This document shows positions 46,770-55,086 of a DNA stretch of 64,000 nucleotides, piece after piece (positions within the stretch are counted from its first letter, which is position 1; each line of letters begins with the position of its first letter). This stretch comes from Defluviitaleaceae bacterium (GTDB taxonomy: Bacteria; Bacillota; Clostridia; Lachnospirales; WQUN01). The notes beneath the pieces are model-generated. The model was not told the DNA's origin, ran no database searches, and saw only the letters and a list, made by a program, of their open reading frames with translations. The translations under genes were made by a program, and so were the position numbers. The DNA is taken from assembly GCA_009779755.1 (NCBI GenBank), contig WRDO01000007.1:21165-85164 (forward strand), given 5' to 3'.

Positions 46770-46812
46770 ACCGCGCCATACACGTTTTTATCCATGCATG
46801 GCGCGGTTTTTT
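46770..46812. terminator. bidirectional-looking terminator hairpin
   Basis: ACCGCGCCAT-18 nt-ATGGCGCGGT flanked by A-run (5') and TTTTTT (3'); lies just downstream of the minus-strand DUF2922-like gene. Confidence 0.6.
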
Positions 46813-46821
46813 ATTGCATTG

Positions 46822-47031
46822 TTACAGCACAGCCGTTGTTTGGATGGTTGTCAGTTCCATCTTGCTTAGACTTTCCAACCCGCCGCTTGCGGGGTTGAAA
46901 ATATCGTTGGCGATCATCTTATCCACGGCGGCGGATATGTCGTTAACGGGCAAGTCAGGATTAGGGTTTATAATGCGCAATGACCTGCGCTTGCCCAGTG
47001 TGGTGTTAAACACCATCGAGTAATGCTGCAT
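46822..47031 (-). CDS. DUF2922-like small protein
   Basis: 69-aa ORF; VFNTTLGKRRSLRIINPNPDL..ISAAVDKMIANDIF pattern as I remember DUF2922; paired with a DUF1659-like gene. Confidence 0.55.
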   Translation of the reverse strand: MQHYSMVFNTTLGKRRSLRIINPNPDLPVNDISAAVDKMIANDIFNPASGGLESLSKMELTTIQTTAVL

Positions 47032-47078
47032 GGCTTTCCTCCTTTCTTGTGTGATTTAATATTGATAATACGATAGGG

Positions 47079-47273
47079 TTAGCGCACCAAATCGAGTGCG
47101 AGGGATAATCTTGCGGCGCACGGGCCGTTATTGTAGATCGTTTCGATCGCATCTACGAAATTGGCTACGGTTTGTGCCGCGGCGTCGTGCGCCACGTTAA
47201 GCACGGAGCAAACACGCGCTTTATCACCGTTGGTGACGCGCAGGTTTGCGGAGATGGCTTTGTATTCCGCCAT
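47079..47273 (-). CDS. DUF1659-like small protein
   Basis: 64-aa ORF directly upstream of the DUF2922-like gene (the usual pairing); GGAGG RBS. Confidence 0.5.
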   Translation of the reverse strand: MAEYKAISANLRVTNGDKARVCSVLNVAHDAAAQTVANFVDAIETIYNNGPCAARLSLALDLVR

Positions 47274-47542
47274 ATCGCTCCTCCTTTCTTTATGAAGTTG
47301 TTTGTTTTTGATGGGTAAGGATTAGCAAGGGGGATCCCTTTACATGCATACTTGCGGGGTGACTCCTGCGTGTTCCGATGGAACCCGCATGTGCCGGCCG
47401 GGCTTGAGAGTCGCTTTAGCCATGGAGAAGTCAAATCGGGAGCGGGGCATCAGGTACGATTGTATGCAGGGATGGTGCAACCATTTGTCATCAGGGTCGT
47501 ATGAATGCTGTCCGTCAAAGAGATGCCGGTTGGCTTGGGATG

Positions 47543-47571
47543 AATATACACCATATGAATATATATGTCAA
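47543..47571 (-). promoter_or_regulatory. strong sigmaA-type promoter candidate
   Basis: Minus strand reads TTGACA (47571-47566), 17-nt spacer, TATATT (47548-47543). Confidence 0.5.
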
Positions 47572-47675
47572 ACTATTTTCACATTTAAATATATACAAAC
47601 ATGTGTTCCTTTGATTAGTATTAGAATAACTCATTTATTTCGAATATTAAATAGGAAAAGAATTAAAATTTATGA

Positions 47676-47753
47676 TTAATCCCGGCTTGTTTCATTATAG
47701 CGTTTGCCATTGTCAGATAAAATCTTTTTAACCGAACGGGTATAATCAGCCAT
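47676..47753 (-). pseudogene. possible truncated HicA-like toxin remnant
   Basis: 25-codon ORF whose ATG shares 1 nt with the DUF1902 gene stop (TAATG); MADYTRSVKKILSDNGKRYNETSRD loosely resembles a HicA N-terminus (..K.L...G) and then stops. Confidence 0.25.
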
Positions 47754-47977
47754 TATGAAGCTATTTTTAAATTATCTATACGCTTTGTTTTAAATGACAA
47801 TTGGATCGGACCTGTATAATTACAATTCAATTCCAACATTTCCGGTGTTGCTAAACGCACCCTTTCGATTAAAGCATCACAGGAATCGGATTCCAACAAT
47901 AAACCGGGGACATCATCGGATTCACAATGCCACTTGTGGGATTCATCATCCCAAAGCAAGTTGATAACGCATTTCAT
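47753..47977 (-). CDS. DUF1902 (HicB-N-like) domain protein
   Basis: Start moved to ATG 47977 (GGAGG RBS); MKCVINLLWDDESHKWHCESDDVPGLLLESDSCDALIERV matches the DUF1902 pattern by eye. Confidence 0.55.
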   Translation of the reverse strand: MKCVINLLWDDESHKWHCESDDVPGLLLESDSCDALIERVRLATPEMLELNCNYTGPIQLSFKTKRIDNLKIAS

Positions 47978-48168
47978 AACCGCACCTCCAAAGGTAAATA
48001 ACAATAAACTTAGGGACAAAATACCGTTGCGAATATTTATGTTATGTATATGGATTTTATATACGGTATCATTAAAAGTCAAACATAACAAACCGTTAAA
48101 GAACCACTTTCACCCAAGTAAAGCGGATGTCATAAACTGTACAAATGATAATGTAAGGAAGTGCGGTA

Positions 48169-49227
48169 ATGGAACGAATTGTTTCTCCGATTATTTGGCC
48201 TCCGTACCCGGGCGTGGATTTGCGGCGCGGTATGGAGGGCCCGAGCATCCGTCAGGTGCAGGAACGTCTCAATATAACAGGCGCGAATCCGCGGCTCGCG
48301 ACGGACGGCAGGTTCGGCCCGTTGACGGAAGCGGCTGTCATCGCTTTCCAACGGTCAAGGGGGTTGGCGCAAACCGGCGTCGTAGGAATCATCACATGGA
48401 ACGCATTATTTTCAAACGAACCCGCACCATTACCCCCTACCCAACCTTCGGTATGGCCTCCGTACCCCGGCGTGGTTTTGCGGCGCGGCATGGAGGGCCC
48501 GAGCATCCGTCAGGTGCAGGAACGCCTCAATGTATTGGGTGCGAATCCGCGGCTCGCGACGGACGGCAGGTTCGGCCCGTTGACGGAAGCGGCTGTCATC
48601 GCTTTCCAACGGTCAAGGGGGTTAAGCAGTGACGGCGCCGTCGGGCCGATTACGTGGAGTTCTTTATTTTCACAAGTCCCCCTGCCCCCTTCGTCGGTTG
48701 TCAGGACGATCGTAATCGACCCCGGGCACGGGGGGTATGATTCCGGCGCGGTGTTTGGCACCCGCATGGAGAAGAATGATAATCTGCGGCTTTCGCTTGC
48801 GGTGCAGCGGTTATTGCAAGCGCAAGGCCAGCGGGTCATTATGACGCGGAGTACGGATATTTTCGTCCCGTTGGTTGAGCGGAGCGCGATTGCCAACCGC
48901 AACGGCGCGAATTTGTTCATTTCCATCCACCGTAACGCAAGCACAAATATCGCGGCCAACGGCGTGGAGAACTTCGTATTCACCACCGCGCCCGCGAGTA
49001 CCGCGCAAGCCGCCCAAACCGTGCTTAACGAAGTGGTGGCCGCGGGCGTGCAAAGTAACCGCGGCGTAAGGCGGGGTAATTTTTCCGTTTTGCGCAATAC
49101 AAACGCGCCCGCTATGCTGCTGGAGATGAATTTCATCACGAATGTACGTGACAACCAATTGTTCGACCAAAACCTCGAAGCGTATGCCGCGGCGATCGCA
49201 CGGGGAACGATGAGGGTGACGCGTTAA
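48169..49227 (+). CDS. N-acetylmuramoyl-L-alanine amidase (Amidase_3) with two PG-binding repeats
   Basis: 352-aa ORF; two copies of PGV.LRRGMEGPSIRQVQERLN..GANPRLATDGRFGPLTEAAVIAFQRSRGL; catalytic domain VIDPGHGGYDSGA..ISIHRNA..LLEMNFITN; no signal peptide. Confidence 0.85.
   Translation: MERIVSPIIWPPYPGVDLRRGMEGPSIRQVQERLNITGANPRLATDGRFGPLTEAAVIAFQRSRGLAQTGVVGIITWNALFSNEPAPLPPTQPSVWPPYPGVVLRRGMEGPSIRQVQERLNVLGANPRLATDGRFGPLTEAAVIAFQRSRGLSSDGAVGPITWSSLFSQVPLPPSSVVRTIVIDPGHGGYDSGAVFGTRMEKNDNLRLSLAVQRLLQAQGQRVIMTRSTDIFVPLVERSAIANRNGANLFISIHRNASTNIAANGVENFVFTTAPASTAQAAQTVLNEVVAAGVQSNRGVRRGNFSVLRNTNAPAMLLEMNFITNVRDNQLFDQNLEAYAAAIARGTMRVTR
48196..48623 (+). repeat. intragenic direct repeat, 2 x 170 nt, period 258 nt
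   Basis: 48196-48365 vs 48454-48623: my manual alignment gives about 9 mismatches in 170 nt, and the last 83 nt are identical. Confidence 0.9.
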
Positions 49228-49245
49228 AAAATTTTTATAAAGGTA

Positions 49246-49276
49246 TTGACTTTGGTCTTACACCATACTTTACACT
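49246..49276 (+). promoter_or_regulatory. MerR-type promoter candidate with 19-nt spacer and internal dyad
   Basis: TTGACT (49246-49251), 19-nt spacer containing TGGTcttacACCA (49253-49265), TACACT (49271-49276); 54 nt upstream of ATG 49330. Confidence 0.4.
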
Positions 49277-49329
49277 GGGGTTGCTTTCGCGAAGCGACCC
49301 TTTTTTGTACCGCCGGAAGGAGGCCGTCC

Positions 49330-50433
49330 ATGGAAATGTATTCCATCGGAAAATTGTCCAAAATCGTCAAACTGACCCCCGACACCCTACGTTACTACGA
49401 CGAAATCGGCTTGCTTAAGCCCGCGTTGATTTCGCCCGAAACGGGTTACCGCTATTACACCCTTGAACAAGCGAAGGATTTGGCACGCATTTTGGAATTA
49501 AAGGACTTCGACTTCCCCTTGGCCGAAATCAAAAAAATAATTTCACGGGCGGACGCACCCGGTATGGAGGCGATTCTTCGTAAGCGGTACGGGGAATTGA
49601 TGCAGGAGAAGCAACGGCTTACAAACGCGATGGAAAAATTAGTTCAAAAATTAAAAACCCACGAGGAGGAATCACTCATGAATAAAAAGATATTATTGGT
49701 GGACGACGCTACCTTTATGCGGATGATGTGCAGGGACATTTTACAAAAAAACGGGTATGAAATCGCGGGCGAAGCCGAAGACGGCGAAGCGGGCGTGGAT
49801 ATGTTTAAGCAGCTTAAACCCGATATCGTGCTGCTTAATGTCACCATGCCAAAGATGGACGGCATCGCCGCGCTCAAAAAAATCCGCGAACACAACCCGC
49901 AAGCGCGGGTGGTCATGCTCACGGCGATGGGGCAATCGGTTATCGTGGCGGAAGCGTTGCTCGCCGGGGCGCGGCGGTTTGTGGTGAAGCCCTTTACGCC
50001 GGATAAGCTGATTGAAGAAATACGATTCACCTTGTTGGAGGAAAACCCGAAAGCGGAGCCCTTCAACGCGGAGCTGTTGACAAAACTGCTCAACTTTGCG
50101 CGGGGCGAACACGCCTGCACATCCGTACCCGGCGGGGATATATTATCCCAATGGCAAATCGACGAAGTGATCCGCTTGGCGGAGGCTCCCTCCGCTACGG
50201 AAGAAGAAATCAAGACCTTGATGGAGAAACTGTTCATGGCGGCCCATGACATGCCGCCCGCCGCGGCGATCGTTTCAACCTTTACCCCCGATCCGGCACC
50301 ATTGCAATTACCCCCCGACCCGGCATTTTTGCAACCAAACTCCTCTATCGACCCCATCCTCTCCGCGCTGGAAAAACTCGCCGCCGGACAGGAGAAGATG
50401 ACGGAGCTGTTGGAACGGTTGTTAACGAAGTAA
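49330..50433 (+). CDS. MerR-family HTH fused to CheY-like pseudo-receiver and unknown C-terminal domain
   Basis: Start moved to ATG 49330 (GGAAGGAGG RBS). YSIGKLSKIVKLTPDTLRYYDEIGLLKP MerR HTH. KKILLVDDATFMR..DIVLLNVTMPKMDG..VVMLTAMG..VVKPF receiver with Asn at the phospho-acceptor position. Confidence 0.7.
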   Translation: MEMYSIGKLSKIVKLTPDTLRYYDEIGLLKPALISPETGYRYYTLEQAKDLARILELKDFDFPLAEIKKIISRADAPGMEAILRKRYGELMQEKQRLTNAMEKLVQKLKTHEEESLMNKKILLVDDATFMRMMCRDILQKNGYEIAGEAEDGEAGVDMFKQLKPDIVLLNVTMPKMDGIAALKKIREHNPQARVVMLTAMGQSVIVAEALLAGARRFVVKPFTPDKLIEEIRFTLLEENPKAEPFNAELLTKLLNFARGEHACTSVPGGDILSQWQIDEVIRLAEAPSATEEEIKTLMEKLFMAAHDMPPAAAIVSTFTPDPAPLQLPPDPAFLQPNSSIDPILSALEKLAAGQEKMTELLERLLTK

Positions 50434-51324
50434 CTCCACCCGCAAGGTAAGCATGTCCCCGTTTTTTTCCGCCGTTATGTTTCCGCCCATTTTTTCCGTT
50501 AGTTCCTTGGCAATGGCGAGACCCAAACCCGTACGCTTATGCGTACGGGAGGCGTCCGCCGTGTAGAAGCGGTCGAAGATACGTTGCGTGTCGATGGTGT
50601 CTTTGTGGCTTACCTTGTTGGCGATTTCGATTGCACCGTCCGAAAGCGTTACGCGCAAAAAATCCCTACCGTGTATATAAGCGTTTACCAGCAGGTTTTG
50701 AATGACGCGCTTTAGGGCTTCCGCGTCCGCCATCGCGTATTGCGGGGTTTCGGGGATTTTGCTTTCCACGGTAAAACCCCGATTTTCTAATTCCATGTAA
50801 TGATCCGACAGAACATCACGAAGGGTATTACCCACGTTTATCTGTTCCGTCGTTATATTCCCCTCCACAGCTTGCGTAAAAGCGAATAAGCTGTCCATCA
50901 AAACGGTCAACGCATCCAGCCGCCCGCGCACGGTGGCGAGGTAACGCGGGAAAGCGTCCGCTTCGGCGGGGCTTTCATCGCTCCGCATTTTTTCAAGCAT
51001 TTGTATATAGCCCTTAGCCGAAGTGAGTGGGGTACGCAAGTCATGGGAAATGTTGGTGATGGCACGTTTTAAATCCGTTTCCGCGCGGCGCGATTCTAAA
51101 TGGCTGCGGCGGCTTTTTTCCAACACGGCGTTTATGCGGTCGGCGAGGGTGACGATTTCTTTTTCGAAGGTAATCGTTTTCAGGCGGGTGTTGGTATCGG
51201 TTTCCAATATTGTTTGCAAGCTGTCGCCCAACTGCCGCGCGTCGCGTTTGAGCAGCAGCCACTTGATGAGGAAAAAAGCAAAGCCCGCGAACAAAAAACC
51301 GCAGGCTGTTACCCAATAGATCAT
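50422..51324 (-). CDS. sensor histidine kinase
   Basis: 300-aa ORF; one N-terminal TM, H-box ISHDLRTPLTSAKGY, C-terminal HATPase (GLGLAIAKEL); 3' end overlaps the convergent MerR-fusion gene by 12 nt. Confidence 0.85.
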   Translation of the reverse strand: MIYWVTACGFLFAGFAFFLIKWLLLKRDARQLGDSLQTILETDTNTRLKTITFEKEIVTLADRINAVLEKSRRSHLESRRAETDLKRAITNISHDLRTPLTSAKGYIQMLEKMRSDESPAEADAFPRYLATVRGRLDALTVLMDSLFAFTQAVEGNITTEQINVGNTLRDVLSDHYMELENRGFTVESKIPETPQYAMADAEALKRVIQNLLVNAYIHGRDFLRVTLSDGAIEIANKVSHKDTIDTQRIFDRFYTADASRTHKRTGLGLAIAKELTEKMGGNITAEKNGDMLTLRVELLR

Positions 51325-52112
51325 TTGATTTCCGCCCGCTTAAACAACGCGATGCCGCCGACGGTCGATGCGATGATGTAGAACATACCGACGCCCAGCA
51401 TCGTGGCAATTGCTTGCGCGTCCAATTGATTGTGGTAACCCAAGCGGCTGACGGCAACCAGCATGTCGAACTCCAATATTTTTCCCAATGTATAACCCGC
51501 TTCCATGAACATCATAAGGACAAGCCCGGGTACGAGGCAAAAGGCGATGAAGATACCGTTTACGGCGCCGCTCCTTTTAAAGGTGAACGAAAGGAACACA
51601 CCCACACATGTTAAGGCAAGGAGTATAACCAGTTGCGCGCCGAGGGTTTGGAACAGGTTAAGCCAATAGCCCTCCGGCACAGGTCCGCCGAAGCCGCTAA
51701 GGACGGTGGCGAGCAGCATACCCAAGCCTATATAAAGGATGAACCACAACACACACAGCACCGCGGCGACGAACAGCTTTGAAAGGTACAGCTTCGTGCG
51801 GGAAATACCCCACGCCAGGTCGTTCTTAACCGTGCCGTGCTTGAATATGGGTATGGCGGCAATCAGCGACAGCGCAAGGATAAAAAAGAACAACGCGTCC
51901 GTGGAGGTGTAAAGTGCTTGGGCGCTGTTTATACCGGTGAAGTTTAATTCGGCTAATTCCAAGCCTTCTTCCCATACGCCGCCGAAGTGTATGGCACCTG
52001 CCGTTTGCGTCCCGATTGACATCAGGATAAATAATAATAAAACCGTGAAAGTCACGTAGAGTCCCTTGCTTCTTATAATGGCGTATATGTCCGCGCGTAT
52101 GATATTCATCAT
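51321..52112 (-). CDS. ABC-2 type transporter permease
   Basis: 263-aa ORF, six hydrophobic segments; 4-nt overlaps with the flanking ATPase and kinase genes. Confidence 0.7.
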   Translation of the reverse strand: MMNIIRADIYAIIRSKGLYVTFTVLLLFILMSIGTQTAGAIHFGGVWEEGLELAELNFTGINSAQALYTSTDALFFFILALSLIAAIPIFKHGTVKNDLAWGISRTKLYLSKLFVAAVLCVLWFILYIGLGMLLATVLSGFGGPVPEGYWLNLFQTLGAQLVILLALTCVGVFLSFTFKRSGAVNGIFIAFCLVPGLVLMMFMEAGYTLGKILEFDMLVAVSRLGYHNQLDAQAIATMLGVGMFYIIASTVGGIALFKRAEIK

Positions 52113-53020
52113 TTCGACGCACCCCCGATTAACTTAATGTAATATTCCTCTAACGTGTCGCCCACTTCGCGCAGCTCCGCCACGCGTACGCCCGCTTGGC
52201 TCAAGCGGAAAGTGACCTCCGACGGGTCGCTCACGGGGCTGTAGATACGGATTTCGTTGCTTGAAATCTGTTTGTAATCAAGGATGCCTAATGCCGTTTC
52301 GAGGGTGACGGCGGCTTTTGCGGCGTCGTCCACGGTTACGGCCAAGGCGCTTTTACATTCCTCTTGCAATTGCGCGTGGGTGAGGGATTTGATTAACCGC
52401 CCGTGGTGGATGATGGCGTATTTGTTCGCCACTTGCGCCAGCTCGGTAAGGATGTGGCTGGAAATCAAGAGGGTAATGCCTTCACTGTTAAGGCGTTTGA
52501 TTAAGTCCCGCATTTCGATGATACCCGTGGGGTCCAGCCCGTTGACGGGTTCGTCGAGGATCAGAAAATCGGGATGGCTCAAAATGGCAAGGGCTAAACC
52601 GAGGCGCTGCTTCATGCCGAGGGAAAAATTCCTGACTTTTTTCCTGTCCGTGTCGGTAAGTTTGACGGTTTCCAGACATTTGGAAATTCGGCTCCCGTCG
52701 GTGATGCCGCGTTGGATACGGTAGTATTCCATGTTTTGTACGGCGGAAAGATTGGCGTAGAGTGCGGGCGTTTCGATGATCGCACCCATACGGGCGCGCG
52801 CGGCGCTGACCCTCTTCGGTTCGCGTTCGCCGAACAGCTTGATTTCCCCTTCGTCCCGACGCGTCAGTCCCGTCGCCATCCGCATGAACGTGGTCTTGCC
52901 CGCGCCGTTCTGCCCGATGAGGCCGAAGATATCGCCCTTCTCCACGGTTAGCGTAACGCCGTCCACGGCGGGTTTGCCGCCGTAACGTTTGGTGAGGTTT
53001 GTTGCTTCAAGTACGTGCAT
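52109..53020 (-). CDS. ABC transporter ATP-binding protein
   Basis: 303-aa ORF; GQNGAGKTT Walker A, FSLGMKQRL signature, FLILDEP Walker B. Confidence 0.9.
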   Translation of the reverse strand: MHVLEATNLTKRYGGKPAVDGVTLTVEKGDIFGLIGQNGAGKTTFMRMATGLTRRDEGEIKLFGEREPKRVSAARARMGAIIETPALYANLSAVQNMEYYRIQRGITDGSRISKCLETVKLTDTDRKKVRNFSLGMKQRLGLALAILSHPDFLILDEPVNGLDPTGIIEMRDLIKRLNSEGITLLISSHILTELAQVANKYAIIHHGRLIKSLTHAQLQEECKSALAVTVDDAAKAAVTLETALGILDYKQISSNEIRIYSPVSDPSEVTFRLSQAGVRVAELREVGDTLEEYYIKLIGGASK

Positions 53021-53096
53021 TGTCCAATTATCCTCCCTGTAACTTCTGTCCTATCGGAGCAAAAGTTCGTCTGATGAGGCGAGTATAACGCGGGAG

Positions 53097-53124
53097 CCTT
53101 AATTAACCGTGAATCAAACCTTAA
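53097..53124 (-). promoter_or_regulatory. direct repeat TTAAGG x2 (22-nt spacing) upstream of a TATACT -10: candidate response-regulator site
   Basis: Minus strand: TTAAGG at 53124-53119 and 53102-53097, TATACT at 53087-53082, poor -35; in the 119-nt gap between the RR gene and the ABC genes. Confidence 0.3.
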
Positions 53125-53139
53125 ATAAATCTTAAACCG

Positions 53140-53826
53140 TCATTCCTTCATTTTATACCCGATGCCCCACACGGTTTGGATATAATCCCCGCTTGGGTCA
53201 AGCGCCGCCAGCTTTGCCCGCAAGTGGCTGATATGTACGTTGATTGTGTTGTCGTCGCCCAAAAATTCCCCGCCCCATACGCTTTCGTACAGGTTATTTT
53301 TTGAGAACACCTTTTGCGGGCGGGACATAAATAAACGCAGGATTTCGTATTCGCGCTTGGAAAGGTTTGCCGGTTTGCCGCCGATGAAGGCGTCGTAGGC
53401 GTCCGCGTCCAGTGTAATATTTTTATAACGCAGTTCCCCGCCGTCGGGGGTTGAAGGGACACCCGCCGATACCCGACGCAGCTGTACGGCCATACGCGCC
53501 AACAGTTCATCGTTGTCGAAGGGTTTTGCCAAATAATCGTCCGCACCCAAGCGCAAAAACCTGACGGTCGTTTCCTTGTCCGCCTTCGCGGTTAATACGA
53601 TAATGGGTAAACTATACGCGGCACGCGCTTCCCCCAACACTTGCTCGCCCGTCTTACCCGGCAGCATCAAATCCAACAGCACAAGTGAAAAACCGCCCGC
53701 TTGAAGGCACATCAACGCTTCAGTACCCGAAAACGCGGCGGTGGGTTCATAACCGTTCTGCGCGAGTAGTTCACACAACATTTCACTGATATGGACGTCG
53801 TCCTCAACGATTAATATCTTTTGCAT
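53140..53826 (-). CDS. OmpR-family response regulator
   Basis: 228-aa ORF; receiver KILIVEDD..LVLLDLMLPG..KPF plus a winged-helix C-terminus (IQTVWGIGYKM). Confidence 0.9.
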   Translation of the reverse strand: MQKILIVEDDVHISEMLCELLAQNGYEPTAAFSGTEALMCLQAGGFSLVLLDLMLPGKTGEQVLGEARAAYSLPIIVLTAKADKETTVRFLRLGADDYLAKPFDNDELLARMAVQLRRVSAGVPSTPDGGELRYKNITLDADAYDAFIGGKPANLSKREYEILRLFMSRPQKVFSKNNLYESVWGGEFLGDDNTINVHISHLRAKLAALDPSGDYIQTVWGIGYKMKE

Positions 53827-53838
53827 AAAACCATTCCT

Positions 53839-55044
53839 TTAATAGCGCGATGTATTCCTGATCGTGCGCAACCCTTCCTCAGCCATTTCGATCAACGCCG
53901 GGTTGCCTTGGCGGTACGTCTTTGCGCGGGTGAAGTATGACTTCGCCGTGGGGATGTCGTTTACGCGCAGGCTCAATTCACCGATCAGCACGCAGGTTTG
54001 CTGCGCGGCATCGGGTTTCATGTTCGTATTTTCGAATACGGTGAGGTAGAGGGAGTACGCCTTTTCGCCCGCCATCCTTTCGAGCGCTTTGTCTTCGCAA
54101 TCACGGTATAACCACATCAGGCGCAACCACAGGTTGGCGGCGATCGTTTCGTTTTTAGAATAAAATAACGGCGCACACTTAAGCGCCAGATAATACCCCG
54201 CGAATATATTGTTGATGTCACGGCTTTCGTTGAAGCAAAGGTTTACCTTGGTTTTATATTCCTTGATTTTATCTGCGTTAACGTAAAAACGCGACGCGAT
54301 CGGTTCCTTAAAATGCCCTTCAAGCGCGCTGTAATAACAACCGGGGCAGGAGACGACCTCGTAATGGATCGTATCGATGCCTTCGTGGCTGATACGGAAA
54401 TCCCGTCCCCGTTTGACGATGTTGTTTGCGTGTATGCCGCGCATCGCATACGCCGAAAAAGAAAACATACACAGCGGGCACTTGTGCTTTTTTTTGTGTA
54501 TCAACGCGTCCGACGCAAGCGGAATGGCGAGGTCGTAGGATTTATGTTCTTTGGGAAAGAGGTCTGTCTTCGGGTCAATGATAAAGAATTCGGAACGCGG
54601 CGCCGTTTCCCGCGGCGAATCATCCGGCGGCGGCTCCGCCGAGGGGTTGCCCGCACGCTGTCGGTTTGATTCATCCAGCCGTTGGCACAGGGTACGGATA
54701 ATCGAATAGGTAAGTTTGGGGTGGTTTTCGAATATTTCGTACGCGTTGATACGGTTGATCGCCAGCAGGATAACGAGGTCGCTTTGGCAAACAACCGTCG
54801 CCGCGCGCTCCTTGTGTAAGAAAAGCGACATTTCACCGAAAAACTCGCCCGCGTTAAGTTCGGTGAGTTTTATTTCATTCGGTTGGGCGTAGCATTTGTA
54901 CACCCCTACCCGCCCCGCGAGTATGATAAACATTTCGTCAGCCGTCACTTCATTTTCCGCGAGGATTACATGGCCTTCGCGGTAACGCCTTGTGCTTGCG
55001 TTTTGGCTGAGCGCTTCCAACAATTCCATATCCATATGTATCAC
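53839..55044 (-). CDS. cyclic-nucleotide-binding domain / DUF2225 fusion protein
   Basis: 401-aa ORF; N-terminal cNMP-binding pattern (GEFFGEMSLF..RAATVV); C-terminal CPLC..CPGC zinc-ribbon and TPR-like region as in DUF2225. Confidence 0.65.
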   Translation of the reverse strand: MIHMDMELLEALSQNASTRRYREGHVILAENEVTADEMFIILAGRVGVYKCYAQPNEIKLTELNAGEFFGEMSLFLHKERAATVVCQSDLVILLAINRINAYEIFENHPKLTYSIIRTLCQRLDESNRQRAGNPSAEPPPDDSPRETAPRSEFFIIDPKTDLFPKEHKSYDLAIPLASDALIHKKKHKCPLCMFSFSAYAMRGIHANNIVKRGRDFRISHEGIDTIHYEVVSCPGCYYSALEGHFKEPIASRFYVNADKIKEYKTKVNLCFNESRDINNIFAGYYLALKCAPLFYSKNETIAANLWLRLMWLYRDCEDKALERMAGEKAYSLYLTVFENTNMKPDAAQQTCVLIGELSLRVNDIPTAKSYFTRAKTYRQGNPALIEMAEEGLRTIRNTSRY

Positions 55045-55086
55045 CCGATGCAGGATACCATAGGGTCATGTCAGGCGGCAATGGGG

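Noticed and set aside
47344-47679. 111-aa Cys-rich plus-strand ORF
   Set aside because: No RBS and no family resemblance. It runs across the minus-strand promoter and into AT-rich spacer, so the region is better explained as the leader or promoter of the DUF1659/DUF2922 genes.
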